64,000 bases of DNA from an uncultured Candidatus Rokubacteria bacterium (GTDB taxonomy: Bacteria; Methylomirabilota; Methylomirabilia; Rokubacteriales; DASRDR01), in contig CAWGVS010000004.1 in assembly GCA_963826115.1 (NCBI GenBank), positions 160,001 to 224,000 of the forward strand, written 5' to 3'. The notes beneath the pieces are model-generated. The model made no database searches, had not been told where the DNA came from, and was given only the letters and a program-made list of their open reading frames with translations. Shown one piece after another: positions 28,439-38,541 of this stretch. Positions within the stretch are counted from its first letter, which is position 1, and each line of letters begins with the position of its first letter. A program made the translations under genes and the position numbers.

Positions 28439-29614
28439 ATGCGGAACCGGTGGGCCGTCCTCGCCCTCGTGGTCGTCGCGAGGACGGCGATGGGCTTCCA
28501 GTTCCAGTCCGTCGCGGCGGTCGGCCCGCTCCTGGTCGCGGATCTCGGACTCAGCTACGCGCAGCTCGGCACGCTGATCGGGCTCTACCTCCTGCCGGGC
28601 GTGGTCCTCTCGATGCCGGGCGGGATGGTCGGGGCGTGGCTCGGCGATCGCGTCATGGTGCTGTCGGGCCTGGGTCTCATGATCCTCGGGGGCGTCGGCC
28701 TTGCCGTCGGCGAGTCCTGGACGCTCGTGATGGGCGCGCGCCTCGCGAGCGGCGCGGGCGGCGTGCTCCTGAGCCTCCAGCTCACGAAGATCGTCACCGA
28801 CTGGTTCGCCGGGCGCGAGCTGGCGACGGCGCTCGGGGTGATGCTCGCCACGTGGCCGCTCGGCATCGCGCTCGGCCTGATCAGTCTCGGCGCGCTCGCC
28901 GCGGCGACCACGTGGCGCGCGGCGATGCTCGCGACCGCGATCTTCGCGGCGCTCGGGTTCGCGCTGATGCTGTTCCTCTACCGCGAGCTGCCGTCGAGAG
29001 CGCCGGAGCCCGGTCGCCCGACGGCGCGCTGGTGGACCCTGTCCGGCCGGGAGACCGCGCTCACCGTGGTGGGCGGCGTGGGGTGGGCCGCCCTCAACGC
29101 CGCCCTCATCCTGGTCCTGAGCTTCGGATCGAAGCTGCTGGTGGAGCGCGGCATGACGCCGACGCGGGCGAACCTCGTCGTCAGCTGGACCTCGCTCCTG
29201 AGCATCGCGACGGTGCCGCTCGGCGGCGCGCTCCTGGACCGCGTCCGCCGGCGCGACGCGGTGATTGCGGTCGGCATGGTCGGCGCCGCGGTCGCGTCCG
29301 GTGGGTTCGCGCTCGGCGGTCCGGCCGCGCTCTGGAGCGCGCTGGTCGGGCTCCTGATCGCTCCGGCGGCCGGCGTGGTGGCGCTGCCCGGCGAGGTCCT
29401 GTCGCCGCGGAGCCGGAGCACGGGCTTCGGGCTCTTCTACGGGCTTTCCTACGCGGGCATGGGCCTGGTCCCGGTCGTGGGTGGCGCCCTCGTCGATCGG
29501 CGCGGCGGCGCGGCCGCACTGTGGCTCGCGGCGGCCCTGTGGCTCACGACGATCGCTGCCCTCGGGCTCTTCCGGGCGCTCCAGCGGCGGTGGCTCAGGA
29601 CCGACGCAGCCTAG
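28439..29614 (+). CDS. MFS transporter
   Basis: About 12 hydrophobic segments; GARLASG, DWFAGRE, GGALLDRVRRR. Confidence 0.9.
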   Translation: MRNRWAVLALVVVARTAMGFQFQSVAAVGPLLVADLGLSYAQLGTLIGLYLLPGVVLSMPGGMVGAWLGDRVMVLSGLGLMILGGVGLAVGESWTLVMGARLASGAGGVLLSLQLTKIVTDWFAGRELATALGVMLATWPLGIALGLISLGALAAATTWRAAMLATAIFAALGFALMLFLYRELPSRAPEPGRPTARWWTLSGRETALTVVGGVGWAALNAALILVLSFGSKLLVERGMTPTRANLVVSWTSLLSIATVPLGGALLDRVRRRDAVIAVGMVGAAVASGGFALGGPAALWSALVGLLIAPAAGVVALPGEVLSPRSRSTGFGLFYGLSYAGMGLVPVVGGALVDRRGGAAALWLAAALWLTTIAALGLFRALQRRWLRTDAA

Positions 29615-29674
29615 CGCCGTGGCGCCCCGCCGTTGCTTGTTGTCGGCGGCCCGGTGGTGGCAGACTAGGCGCGC

Positions 29675-30766
29675 ATGACAACCCTCAAGGAGTCGCCGTC
29701 CCCGCTCGCCGAGACGCCCGGCCTCATCTTCCACGGGATCAGCTTCGACCCGTCGAGCCATGCGGTCCGCTCGTTCGACCTGAGCGGTTTCGACGCCGAG
29801 CTGCAGGACCCGGCGGTGTTCTCCTGGATCGACATCGAGGCGCCGGACATCACGCCGCTCAACGAGGTCCTCCGACGGATCGACATCGACCTCGTGCTCG
29901 CGTCCCACTTCGACCGGCCGGAGGTGCTTCCGCGCATCGTGGAGCGGTCGAACTGCCTTGCCTTCTACCTCTATCCGATCTACGAGCCCGGGAGCCACCT
30001 CGACACCGCCCAGTCGATCGCGGAGATCGAGTTCGCCCGCATGATCCTCGTGCTCGGGACGGACTACGTCATCACGTACCATCGCCGGCGCCTGGACGCC
30101 GTGGACCAGATCAAGGCGGCGTGCGTCGACGCCTTCCAGCTCGCCGGGAAGACGCCGGGCTTCATCGCGTTCCTGTTCCTGCAGAGCTGTCTCTACGATT
30201 ACGCGCACCTCAACCTCGCCAACGACAACTACCTCGACCTCCTGGAGGCGGAATTGGCTTCCCAGGGCGGGGGAGGCGTGCCCGAGACGGCCACCGTCGC
30301 CGCCCGGAACATCTTGACGCTCAAGAAGCTGGCGGCGAGCCTCCACATCGTGCTGATGCTCCTTGGCACGAAGCGGAGCCGCTTCGTGAGCGATGACGGC
30401 CGGAATGCGTTCCTCGAGATGCTGCGAAACGCGCTCGCTATCCGCGAGGCCATCGACTCGTCCCGCGACCTCCTCGACGGGATCCTGGGCGGGGTCCAGG
30501 CGGCTGCGGCGAACCGGACGAGCGAGATCGCCCGGGTGCTCACCGTCGTGTCGAGCATCATGCTGCCCCTGACGCTGATCGCCGGCATCTACGGCATGAA
30601 CTTCGAGAACATGCCGGAGCTCAAGTGGGCGTTGGGCTACCCGGCCGCGCTCGGTGTCATGTTCGCGGTCGGGCTGGGGCTGCTCGGGGCGTTCTGGCGG
30701 CTCGGCTGGCTGCGCGGCAGCACGGCGCGTCCGCCGAGGGAGAAGAGGGCCGCCGGGTCCCGCTGA
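29675..30766 (+). CDS. corA: CorA-family Mg2+/Co2+ transporter
   Basis: WIDIE N-domain; PLTLIAGIYGMNFENMPELKW signature. Confidence 0.9.
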   Translation: MTTLKESPSPLAETPGLIFHGISFDPSSHAVRSFDLSGFDAELQDPAVFSWIDIEAPDITPLNEVLRRIDIDLVLASHFDRPEVLPRIVERSNCLAFYLYPIYEPGSHLDTAQSIAEIEFARMILVLGTDYVITYHRRRLDAVDQIKAACVDAFQLAGKTPGFIAFLFLQSCLYDYAHLNLANDNYLDLLEAELASQGGGGVPETATVAARNILTLKKLAASLHIVLMLLGTKRSRFVSDDGRNAFLEMLRNALAIREAIDSSRDLLDGILGGVQAAAANRTSEIARVLTVVSSIMLPLTLIAGIYGMNFENMPELKWALGYPAALGVMFAVGLGLLGAFWRLGWLRGSTARPPREKRAAGSR

Positions 30767-30814
30767 CCGTCACGAGCCTGGGCGGCGGTCCGGCGCGCGG
30801 CGCCCCGACTCGGC

Positions 30815-31369
30815 CTACGGCCCGATGCGCGCTCCCTTGAGGACGTCGTCCACCACGCCCTGGATCCGCGCGGCGCGGGCCTCCGTGGTCTGGTCGCGGA
30901 GGAGGGACCGCGTGGCGTAGTTCCGCATGCGGACCTTGTAGCCCTTGTTGTCGACGATGTCGATCAGGAGCGTGCCGGCCTCGAAGGAGTTCGGGTTCCC
31001 GGTGCTCGTATAGGCCTGCTGCGCCTTCTCGTGGAGCGCCCACGCGTCGTCGCTGTAGCCGAAGTAGTCGTTGATCGACCGCGTGGACACGTTGTCCCCG
31101 AGGATCACGAGGTAGGCGACGGTGACGTCGCCGCCGGTCGGCACCCGCTTCACGCCGCGGGCGGCGAGGTTCTTGGCGATCGCCTCCTGGATCATCGCGT
31201 GCACGGCCTCGCGCTGGTCGGCGTACGCGGGCGCCGGCTTCACGCCGCCGTCGACGAAGTTGAACGTGGCGGCGCGGATCGGGCCCGTGTCGACCTTGGT
31301 GGGGACTGACGCGCAACCGGCCAGGCCGAGGACGCCGGCGGCCAGAAGGAGACGGGAGAACCGCTTCAT
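30815..31369 (-). CDS. Lipoprotein, DUF4136-like
   Basis: Lipobox LAGC; FEAGTLLIDIVD motif. Confidence 0.78.
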   Translation of the reverse strand: MKRFSRLLLAAGVLGLAGCASVPTKVDTGPIRAATFNFVDGGVKPAPAYADQREAVHAMIQEAIAKNLAARGVKRVPTGGDVTVAYLVILGDNVSTRSINDYFGYSDDAWALHEKAQQAYTSTGNPNSFEAGTLLIDIVDNKGYKVRMRNYATRSLLRDQTTEARAARIQGVVDDVLKGARIGP

Positions 31370-31504
31370 GGTCGATTGCTCTCCAGGGCTAAGGTTCGGG
31401 GCGCCCGCTTCGGGACGATCTGATCGTGCGCGCGCCCGCCGGGCAGTGTCAAGCAACGCATGTGCAATTGCGCCGGGTCGCCTTCTGGCCTAGTCTCCTC
31501 ACCC

Positions 31505-33100
31505 GTGGCCGAGATCATCGACCTCGAGACCGCCGCCCGCCTCGCGCGCGACGGCGACCACGTGCTGGTCGGCGGCTCCGGCGGCGGCCACGCCGTGCCC
31601 GAGGCGTGGATCGCGGCCCTGGCCGAGCGCTTCCGGACGACGGGGCGGCCGCGCGGCCTGTCGCTCATGAGCGTGGTCGCGCTCGGCGACTGGAAGACCA
31701 CGGGGTTCAGCCGACTCGCGCAGCCGGGTCTGGTGAAGCGCGTGGTCTCGGCGGGCTTCAACAACTGCCCTGCGATCGGGGCGATGGCGGCCCGGGACGA
31801 GATCGAGGCCTACACCTTGCCCCAGGGCGCGCTGTCGCAGCTCTGCCGGGACATGGCGGCGGGCCGGCCGGGCCTCGTGACGCGGACCGGTCTCCACACG
31901 TTCGTCGACCCGCGGCTCGGCGGCGGCAAGCAGAGCCCGCGCACGACCGAGGACCTGGTCGAGCTCCTCACGCTCCACGGCGAGGAGTACCTCTTCTACC
32001 GCGCCCAGCCGATCGACCTCGCGGTGATCCGCGGCACCACCGCCGACGAGCGCGGCAACGTCACCATGGAGGACGAGCCGTACTTCGGCGAGCAGCTCTC
32101 GATCGCTCAGGCCGCCCGCAACCGGGGGGCGCCGGTGGTCTGCCAGGTGGCGCGGCTCGCAGCGGGCGGGACGCTTCCCGGGAAGCAGGTGAAGGTCCCC
32201 GGGGCGCTGGTGGACTACGTCGTCGTCGTGCCGGACGAGTGGCAGACGTACGTCACGCGATACGACCCGGCGTACGCGGGCGCGGTGCGGCGGCCGGAGG
32301 GCGCGCTCCCGCGGCTGCCGCTCGATATCCGCAAGGTCATCGCCCGGCGGGCGGCGCTCGAGCTGTTCCCCGGCGCGGTGGTGAACCTCGGGTTCGGCGT
32401 GTCGAACGGCATCGCCCCGGTCGCCGCGGAAGAGGGGATCCACCGGGACGTGACCCTGACCGTGGAGCAGGGGATCGTCGGCGGCGTGCCGGCGGGCGGC
32501 AACGACGCCGGCGCCGGGCACAACTACGACGCGATGGTGGACCAGCCGTACCAGTTCGACTTCTACGACGGCGGCGGGCTCGACGTGGCGTTCCTCTCGT
32601 TCGCCGAGGTCGACGCCGAGGGCAACGTCAACGTGAGCCGCTTCGGCCGCGTGGTCAACGGGCCGGGCGGCTTCGTCAACATCAGCCAGGGCGCGCGGAA
32701 GGTCGTGTTCTCGGGCACGCTGACCGCCGACGGGCTCGACATCCGGCCCGACGGAGCGGGCGGCGTCCACCTCGCCCGCGAGGGGCGAACGCCGAAGTGG
32801 GTGCCGGCCGTGCAGCAGATCACGTTCAGCGGGCGCTACGCGCGCGCCCGGGGCCAGGAGGTCATGTACGTGACCGACCGCGCGGTGTTCCGGCTGGGGC
32901 CGGCGGGGATCGAGGTCGTCGAGCTCGCCGCCGGCGTGGACCTCGGGCGGGACGTCCTCGCGCGCGTGGGCTTCCCGCTCAGGGTGCTGGCGCCGCCGCG
33001 TCCCATGGACCCCCGCCTGTTCCGCCCCGAGCCCATGGGCATTCTCGCCGAGTTCCGCGGGCGACCGTCGCCCCGCCAGAGGAGGCGTCCCGAGCCATGA
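31505..33100 (+). CDS. Acyl-CoA:acetate/3-ketoacid CoA-transferase (YdiF-like, fused alpha/beta)
   Basis: LPQG, GLHTFVDPR, RGTTADERGN, VNLGFG, TVEQG catalytic Glu, QFDFYDGGGLD, GGFVNISQ. Confidence 0.92.
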   Translation: MAEIIDLETAARLARDGDHVLVGGSGGGHAVPEAWIAALAERFRTTGRPRGLSLMSVVALGDWKTTGFSRLAQPGLVKRVVSAGFNNCPAIGAMAARDEIEAYTLPQGALSQLCRDMAAGRPGLVTRTGLHTFVDPRLGGGKQSPRTTEDLVELLTLHGEEYLFYRAQPIDLAVIRGTTADERGNVTMEDEPYFGEQLSIAQAARNRGAPVVCQVARLAAGGTLPGKQVKVPGALVDYVVVVPDEWQTYVTRYDPAYAGAVRRPEGALPRLPLDIRKVIARRAALELFPGAVVNLGFGVSNGIAPVAAEEGIHRDVTLTVEQGIVGGVPAGGNDAGAGHNYDAMVDQPYQFDFYDGGGLDVAFLSFAEVDAEGNVNVSRFGRVVNGPGGFVNISQGARKVVFSGTLTADGLDIRPDGAGGVHLAREGRTPKWVPAVQQITFSGRYARARGQEVMYVTDRAVFRLGPAGIEVVELAAGVDLGRDVLARVGFPLRVLAPPRPMDPRLFRPEPMGILAEFRGRPSPRQRRRPEP

Positions 33101-33879
33101 GCGAGCCGCGCCTGATCCACGTCGCCGTCGAGGCCGGCGTCGCCGTGCTGACGCTGGAGAACCCCCCGCTCAACCTCGTGACCCTCGAGCTGACGCGCCG
33201 GCTGCGGGCGGCGCTCGGCCGCCTGGCGGCGGACGACGCCGCGCGGGTCCTGGTGGTCACCGGCGCGGGCTCGCGCGCCTTCTGCGCGGGCTCGGACGTG
33301 AGCGAGTTCCCGTCGGTCGCCGACGACGTCGTGCGGAAGAAGCTCGCTCCCGAGAACGCCGCGTACAGTGCCCTCGACGATTTTCCGAAGCCGACCATCG
33401 CCGCCCTCAACGGCCTCGCCTACGGCGGCGGGCTCGAGCTGGCCGTGTGCTGCGACATCCTCGTCGCGGGGGCGGACGTGCGGCTCGCCCTCCCCGAGGT
33501 GAAGCTCGGCGTGCTCCCGGGGAGCGGCGGCACCGTGCGGGTGCCGCGGCGCATCGGCGAGGGCCGCGCCAAGGAGCTCATGTTCACGGGCGACCCGATC
33601 GACGCCGAGACCGCGCGCGCCTGGGGACTCGTGAACCGCGTGGTCCCACCCGGCCAGGCGCTCGCCGCGGCCCTCGAGCTCGCGCGCACGCTCGCCGAGC
33701 GGCCGAATCGGGCGCTCCAGCTCATCAAGGCGGCGGCGGAGCTCGGCCAGGACACGACCGAGGACGAGGCGGTGCGCCTGACGATGGGGCTCTCGCAGGC
33801 CGCCTTCCAGACGGAGGACGCGCGCGAGGGCGTGCGCGCGTTCTTCGCCAAGGAGGCGCCGCGCTGGCGCCACCGCTAG
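33097..33879 (+). CDS. Enoyl-CoA hydratase/isomerase
   Basis: AFCAGSD, GLAYGGGLE, LPEVKLG..PGSGG; ATGA overlap with upstream gene. Confidence 0.92.
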   Translation: MSEPRLIHVAVEAGVAVLTLENPPLNLVTLELTRRLRAALGRLAADDAARVLVVTGAGSRAFCAGSDVSEFPSVADDVVRKKLAPENAAYSALDDFPKPTIAALNGLAYGGGLELAVCCDILVAGADVRLALPEVKLGVLPGSGGTVRVPRRIGEGRAKELMFTGDPIDAETARAWGLVNRVVPPGQALAAALELARTLAERPNRALQLIKAAAELGQDTTEDEAVRLTMGLSQAAFQTEDAREGVRAFFAKEAPRWRHR

Positions 33880-33889
33880 CGCCGTCCGC

Positions 33890-35047
33890 TCAGCGGGCGG
33901 GGACCGCCGGCTCCCGCGGAGGCACGCCCACGTAGTCGGCCCGCGGACGGATCAGGCGGTTGTCGGCGTACTGCTCGAGCGCGTGGGCGCACCAGCCGGC
34001 CGCGCGTCCGATCGCGAAGATCGACGTGCAGAGGTCGCCCGGGATCCCGAGGGCGTGGTAGACGACCGCCGAGAAGTAGTCGACGTTGACCGGAAGCCCC
34101 GTGCGCGCCGTCACGGCCGCGTAGACCCGCTCCGCGGTCTCGAAGAGCCGCGCGTGGCCTGTTGCCTCCGCCATCGTCTTCGCCATCTGCCGCAGCACCC
34201 GCGCCCGCGCGTCGTCCACCCGGTAGACCCGGTGTCCGAAGCCCGGGATCCGGTTGCGGGGATCGGCCCGCTCGGCCCGGCTGCCGCGCGCGTGCGCATC
34301 GAGCCGCGCGGCGACGTACGCCTCGGCCCGGCCGGGATCGCCGATCTCCAGCAGCATCGCGAGCACGTCCTCGTTGGCGCCGCCGTGGCGCGGCCCCTTG
34401 AGGGTGGCGACCGCGGCCGTGAGGGCCGCGTGGAGGTCCGCCAGGGTGGCGACCGCGACCCGCACCGCGAACGTCGAGGCGTTGAGCTCGTGATCGGCGT
34501 GGAGCGTGAGGATCGTGTCGAGGACGTCGGCGACCTCCGGCGCGGGCGGCCGGCCATGGAGGAGGCGAAGGAAGTGGGCGGCGTGCGAGCCCTCGCCGCT
34601 GGCGGCCACCGGGTCCTGCCCCGCGCGGAGCCGCTGCCACGCCGCGACGACCCCGGGGATCAGCGCGGTGAGGCGGACCGCCTTCCGGAGGTTGGCCTCG
34701 GCGTCACCGGCGGCGCGGTCGGGATCGACCGTGCCGGCGAGCGACACCGCGGTGCGCAGGGCGTCGAGCGGGTGCGCGTCCCGCGGGAGCGCGCGCAGGA
34801 GGGCGAGCACGGGCGCCGGGACCTCGCGCGCCGCCCGGAGCCGGGCCGCGAACGCCTCCCGCTCCGCGGGCGACGGCAGCTCGCCGAACCAGAGGAGGTG
34901 AGTCGTCTCCTCGAAGCTGACGCGGCCCGCGAGGTCGCCGATCTCGTACCCGCGGTGGTAGAGGTGTCCCCTCGCGCCGTCGATCGCGGTGATGGCCGAG
35001 CGCGCCGCGATCACGTCCTCGAGCCCCGCCTTCCAGGTGGTCTCCAT
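33890..35047 (-). CDS. Citrate synthase/2-methylcitrate synthase family
   Basis: GLEDV, HADHELNASTF, GPRHGGAN, GFGHRVY, PVNVDY, R.AGW..H..EQ, RLIRP. Confidence 0.95.
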   Translation of the reverse strand: METTWKAGLEDVIAARSAITAIDGARGHLYHRGYEIGDLAGRVSFEETTHLLWFGELPSPAEREAFAARLRAAREVPAPVLALLRALPRDAHPLDALRTAVSLAGTVDPDRAAGDAEANLRKAVRLTALIPGVVAAWQRLRAGQDPVAASGEGSHAAHFLRLLHGRPPAPEVADVLDTILTLHADHELNASTFAVRVAVATLADLHAALTAAVATLKGPRHGGANEDVLAMLLEIGDPGRAEAYVAARLDAHARGSRAERADPRNRIPGFGHRVYRVDDARARVLRQMAKTMAEATGHARLFETAERVYAAVTARTGLPVNVDYFSAVVYHALGIPGDLCTSIFAIGRAAGWCAHALEQYADNRLIRPRADYVGVPPREPAVPAR

Positions 35048-35090
35048 TGGCCGCCCTCCTCGTCGGGTGGTCCCCGCCGGCATTTGCTGA

Positions 35091-35130
35091 ATTGATTATG
35101 ATTGATTATAGTTGATTTAGCAATATACCA
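35091..35130 (-). promoter_or_regulatory. AT-rich operator: three 10-bp direct repeats (core TTGATT) next to an extended -10 for citrate synthase
   Basis: ATTGATTATG ATTGATTATA GTTGATTTAG; minus-strand TGGTATATT at 35130-35122. Confidence 0.7.
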
Positions 35131-35184
35131 CGCTGGAGGGAGGCCTGGACTCGCGCCGGCGGGGTTGCTAGGGTGGCGGGAGCG

Positions 35185-35436
35185 ATGGTGGTGCTGGGCG
35201 GCGAGGAGTACCTGACGGTCGACGAGGCGGCGGCGCGGCTCGGGGTGAAGCCCGCGACCCTCTACGCCTACGTGAGCCGCGGCGTCTTGCGGAGCTACCG
35301 CGAGGGTACGCGCCGGCAGCGGCTCTATCGGCGGATCGACGTCGACGGGCTCCGCCGGCTCCAGCCGAGCGCGGGCTCCCAGCCCGCCGCGGCGGCGCCC
35401 AAGATCCCGCTCGCCGAGAGCTGGATCCGGGAGTAG
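35185..35436 (+). CDS. Stand-alone excisionase/MerR-type (HTH_17, BldC-like) DNA-binding protein
   Basis: YLTVDEAAARLGVKPATLYAYVSRG..RLYRRIDV. Confidence 0.85.
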   Translation: MVVLGGEEYLTVDEAAARLGVKPATLYAYVSRGVLRSYREGTRRQRLYRRIDVDGLRRLQPSAGSQPAAAAPKIPLAESWIRE

Positions 35437-35502
35437 CCGGCCCCGCGGGCTCCGGCCCGCTCCTGCGCCGCGGCACTCACCGCCGACTTCCCCTTGGCGC
35501 GA

Positions 35503-36237
35503 TCAGCGTGCCGACCGGCCGGGACGCTCGAGCAGCGAGGTCTGCTCCGGGTAGGGCAGGGTCGGCGTCAGGCCGCGGAAGCGCCGCTCGACCAGTCCCG
35601 ACGCCTCCATCGCGCGCCGGTACCGGCGCCGGCCCGAGTTGTCGTAGACGATCAGGCCGTCGGCCGCGAGGTGCGGGATCGATGCCTGGAGGCACGCCTC
35701 GCGCGCGCGGCCGTCTATGACGATGACATCGAAGCGGCCGCCGACGCGATCGATGGTCGCGACGTAGTCGGCGAAGTCCAGACCCTGGTGGCCGGGTTTT
35801 CGGGACGGGACGCCCGGCCGGGTCGCCGGCCGCGCCTCGACCTGATGGAGCGTGATGTGCCGGTGCGCGGCGAATTCCGGCCGCATGCGCGCGGCAAAGC
35901 TCGCATGGTGCTCGACGGCATGCACCTCGTCAACCCGCCGTGCCAGCCACAAGGTGCTGGCGCCCGACCCGAACTCGAAGACTCGGATCGGCCGGCGCCG
36001 GGAGCGGAGCCACGCGTCGACGACGTCGATCGCGGCATACGTCCACCAGGGCACGTCGAGCTCGGCGATGGCCAGCGAATCGTGGACGCGGGTCAGGCTC
36101 ATCAGCCAGTGGCGGACCCGCTGCCGGCGGTCGGGCGGTGTGCGAGGCAGGACGCCGATACCGGTCAGTCCCCGGCCGGCGGCGCGGGCGCATCGGGCGT
36201 AGGCTGCCTTGACCCGATACGACCAGTTTCCCACCAC
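35503..36237 (-). CDS. Class I SAM-dependent methyltransferase
   Basis: VFEFGSGASTLW, AVEH, FDVIVIDGRAR, GLIVYDNS. Confidence 0.85.
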   Translation of the reverse strand: MVGNWSYRVKAAYARCARAAGRGLTGIGVLPRTPPDRRQRVRHWLMSLTRVHDSLAIAELDVPWWTYAAIDVVDAWLRSRRRPIRVFEFGSGASTLWLARRVDEVHAVEHHASFAARMRPEFAAHRHITLHQVEARPATRPGVPSRKPGHQGLDFADYVATIDRVGGRFDVIVIDGRAREACLQASIPHLAADGLIVYDNSGRRRYRRAMEASGLVERRFRGLTPTLPYPEQTSLLERPGRSAR

Positions 36238-36309
36238 GTGGGGCCTCTCGCGTGTCAGAGATCCCGTGCTCGCCCGCGTACCGGGAGCCGGCGCGCTCGC
36301 GCGCCGCGG

Positions 36310-36723
36310 CTACTTCTTCCCGCCCGCCCCGCCGCCGCCCCCGCCGACCGCAAGCAGCACCGTCGCGGCGGCCAGGAGCGCGACGTACTCGTAGCCGGCC
36401 CAGGTCCGCCCGATGGTCGCGTCGACCACCGTCCCCTTGAGAATCACGTTCTGGCGCACGTAGCCGATGAGCAGACCGAGGAGCAGCACGGCGGCGTTCA
36501 GCGAGGCCGCGAGGCGCGTCCAGAGCCCGATCACGAGCATCGCCCCGCCGATCCCGTTGATCGCGATCACGCCGACCGCGAGGATCGTGTGGACGTGGAA
36601 GCCGAGCTTCTCGATGTACGCGGCCAGGCCCTTGGGTGTCGCGACGAACAGGGCGAGGTACGCTTGGAAGAGATAGACCGCCCCGACGATCGTGCGGAGG
36701 GCGATTCCGGCATACGCGCTCAC
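36310..36723 (-). CDS. DoxX-family membrane protein
   Basis: LRTIVG, GGAMLVIGLWTRLAA, GYEY..LL....GGG. Confidence 0.82.
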   Translation of the reverse strand: MSAYAGIALRTIVGAVYLFQAYLALFVATPKGLAAYIEKLGFHVHTILAVGVIAINGIGGAMLVIGLWTRLAASLNAAVLLLGLLIGYVRQNVILKGTVVDATIGRTWAGYEYVALLAAATVLLAVGGGGGGAGGKK

Positions 36724-36830
36724 CGGACGACCCCCACGAGCCGCGAACGGGCAGGGACAGACATGGGCCTCGGCCCCCAATGCCGCCAGAATCCGGGGGG
36801 CGCGTCAAGCCCATGCCACCCGGCCTCCGT

Positions 36831-36860
36831 TTGACACCGAGGGCGGCGTCTTCGTAGGCT
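36831..36860 (+). promoter_or_regulatory. Sigma70-type promoter of a leaderless transcript
   Basis: TTGACA-N18-TAGGCT, then 7 nt to ATG36868 with no SD. Confidence 0.7.
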
Positions 36861-36867
36861 GAGCGGG

Positions 36868-37434
36868 ATGACGCACCACGCGACGCGCCTTCGGGCCGCC
36901 GCCGTGCCATCCCCGCGGATGGACGCGCTCGGGCGCGAGGCCCGGCAGGCGTGGCGCGCGCGTCTGATTCTCGCGGCAATCGTCGCCTCGCTGCTGGGCG
37001 CGTCTCCGGTTGTCGCGGCGCATCCTCCGGACGCGCACGGGAGCCTGTCGTCCGATCCGGCGGCGGGGACGGCGCCGGCGGGCTCGCTGGCCGGCGTCGT
37101 GCTCCTGTACGCGGGGGCGTTCGCACTGCCCCTCTTGTTGGCGGCCCCGCGCCCGCGACGCCTCCTCCCGGTGGTGACCGCCGCCCTGCTCGTCGGGTTC
37201 GCGGGAGAGACCGCGCTCCACTCCGCCCATCATCTCGGAGATCCGGCGGGTGCCGAGCAATGCCCGGCGTTCTCGGCGTCCCAGCACCTGCCCGCGTTAG
37301 GGCTCGAGGGCGGCACGCCCATCGTCGACAGCGCCGTGCCCGCGGCCCGGCTGGTGGTTGGGCCGGTTGCCCGTCCTCCGGCGGTCGTTTCCGACCAGCT
37401 GCAGCCTCGCGCGCCGCCCGTTCCTCCCGCCTAG
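36868..37434 (+). CDS. DUF2946-like membrane leader protein ending in a RAPP motif
   Basis: Signal/TM segments, HSAHH...CP...QH, Pro-rich linker, C-terminal PRAPPVPPA*. Confidence 0.7.
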   Translation: MTHHATRLRAAAVPSPRMDALGREARQAWRARLILAAIVASLLGASPVVAAHPPDAHGSLSSDPAAGTAPAGSLAGVVLLYAGAFALPLLLAAPRPRRLLPVVTAALLVGFAGETALHSAHHLGDPAGAEQCPAFSASQHLPALGLEGGTPIVDSAVPAARLVVGPVARPPAVVSDQLQPRAPPVPPA

Positions 37435-37532
37435 CTCCGCGTTTCACTCGCCGAGACTCGGTCCGCGCGGCCGGACTGCATCCAGATCCGATCGCGCTCG
37501 ACCACGCGGAACCTTCGACGCGGAGGTGCGTA

Positions 37533-38534
37533 ATGATCTCAGCACGGAAGCTCCTTCACTGGCCGGGGGCCGGGTCCCGCACAGAGCGCCGGAGACCGTC
37601 CCACGCGGTGCCGCCGCATCGCTCATCGTCCGTCACGGGACGCCTCCGCCGCTGGGCGGGGTGGGGAACCGTGGCCCTCCTGGCCGCGATCGCGCTCTCG
37701 CCCGATGCCGCGTTGGCCCACGGGCTGGCGGGGCGACGATTCTTCCCGGCGACCCTGGTCATCGAGGACCCGTTCGTCGCCGACGAGCTGGCGCTGCCAT
37801 CCTTCTCGACGATCAAGACCCCCGAGGGGCGCGAGACGAGCATTGGCGCCGAGCTGGCCAAGAGCATCACGCCCAACTTGGGCGTGTCGGTCGGCGCTGA
37901 GTACCTCATTCTCGATCCGGCCGAATCGGGGGAGCCGAGCACGGACGGGTTCGCGAATCCCGAGATCGGGGTGAAGTACGTGCTCTTCAAGAGCGACGCT
38001 CACGAGAGCATCATCTCCCTGGCCTTCGACTGGGAGATCGGCGGGGTGGGCAAGGAGGCCGTCGGCGCCTCGTCCTCCTCGACCATCGGCCCGTCGCTGC
38101 TCTTCGGCCAGGGGCTCGGCGATCTCCCCGACGCGCTCGCGTACCTCCGGCCGCTGGCGATCACCGGCGTTTTCGGGGCCGAGATCCCGTTCGCGAACGA
38201 CGACGCCATCAGCCTCACCTACGGCATCGCGATCGAGTACAGCCTCCGCTATCTCCAGAACGTCGTGCGGGACGTGGGCCTTCCGCGGTTCGTGAGCCAG
38301 ATCAGCCCGATCGTGGAGCTGATCTTCGAGACCCCGATCGAGGGCGAGGAGAAGTGGAAGACGACCGGCACGGTGAATCCGGGGCTGATCTGGGCCGGCA
38401 AGTACGTCGAGGTCGGCGTGGAAGCCATCATTCCCATCAACCAGCGCACCGGGAAGGACGTGGGGGTGCGCGCGCTCGTGCACTTCTTCCTGGATGATCT
38501 GTGGCCTGCGGTCTTCCGGCCGATTGTCCCGTAG
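37533..38534 (+). CDS. Putative outer-membrane beta-barrel protein, copper-locus associated
   Basis: GGAGG SD; signal ending ALA-HG; RFFPATLVIEDP..ADEL; alternating amphipathic strands. Confidence 0.72.
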   Translation: MISARKLLHWPGAGSRTERRRPSHAVPPHRSSSVTGRLRRWAGWGTVALLAAIALSPDAALAHGLAGRRFFPATLVIEDPFVADELALPSFSTIKTPEGRETSIGAELAKSITPNLGVSVGAEYLILDPAESGEPSTDGFANPEIGVKYVLFKSDAHESIISLAFDWEIGGVGKEAVGASSSSTIGPSLLFGQGLGDLPDALAYLRPLAITGVFGAEIPFANDDAISLTYGIAIEYSLRYLQNVVRDVGLPRFVSQISPIVELIFETPIEGEEKWKTTGTVNPGLIWAGKYVEVGVEAIIPINQRTGKDVGVRALVHFFLDDLWPAVFRPIVP

Positions 38535-38541
38535 GTGAGCG

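Noticed and set aside
35185-35436. Prophage/ICE excisionase
   Set aside because: No integrase, att site or phage genes; the context fits a citrate-synthase-linked regulator.
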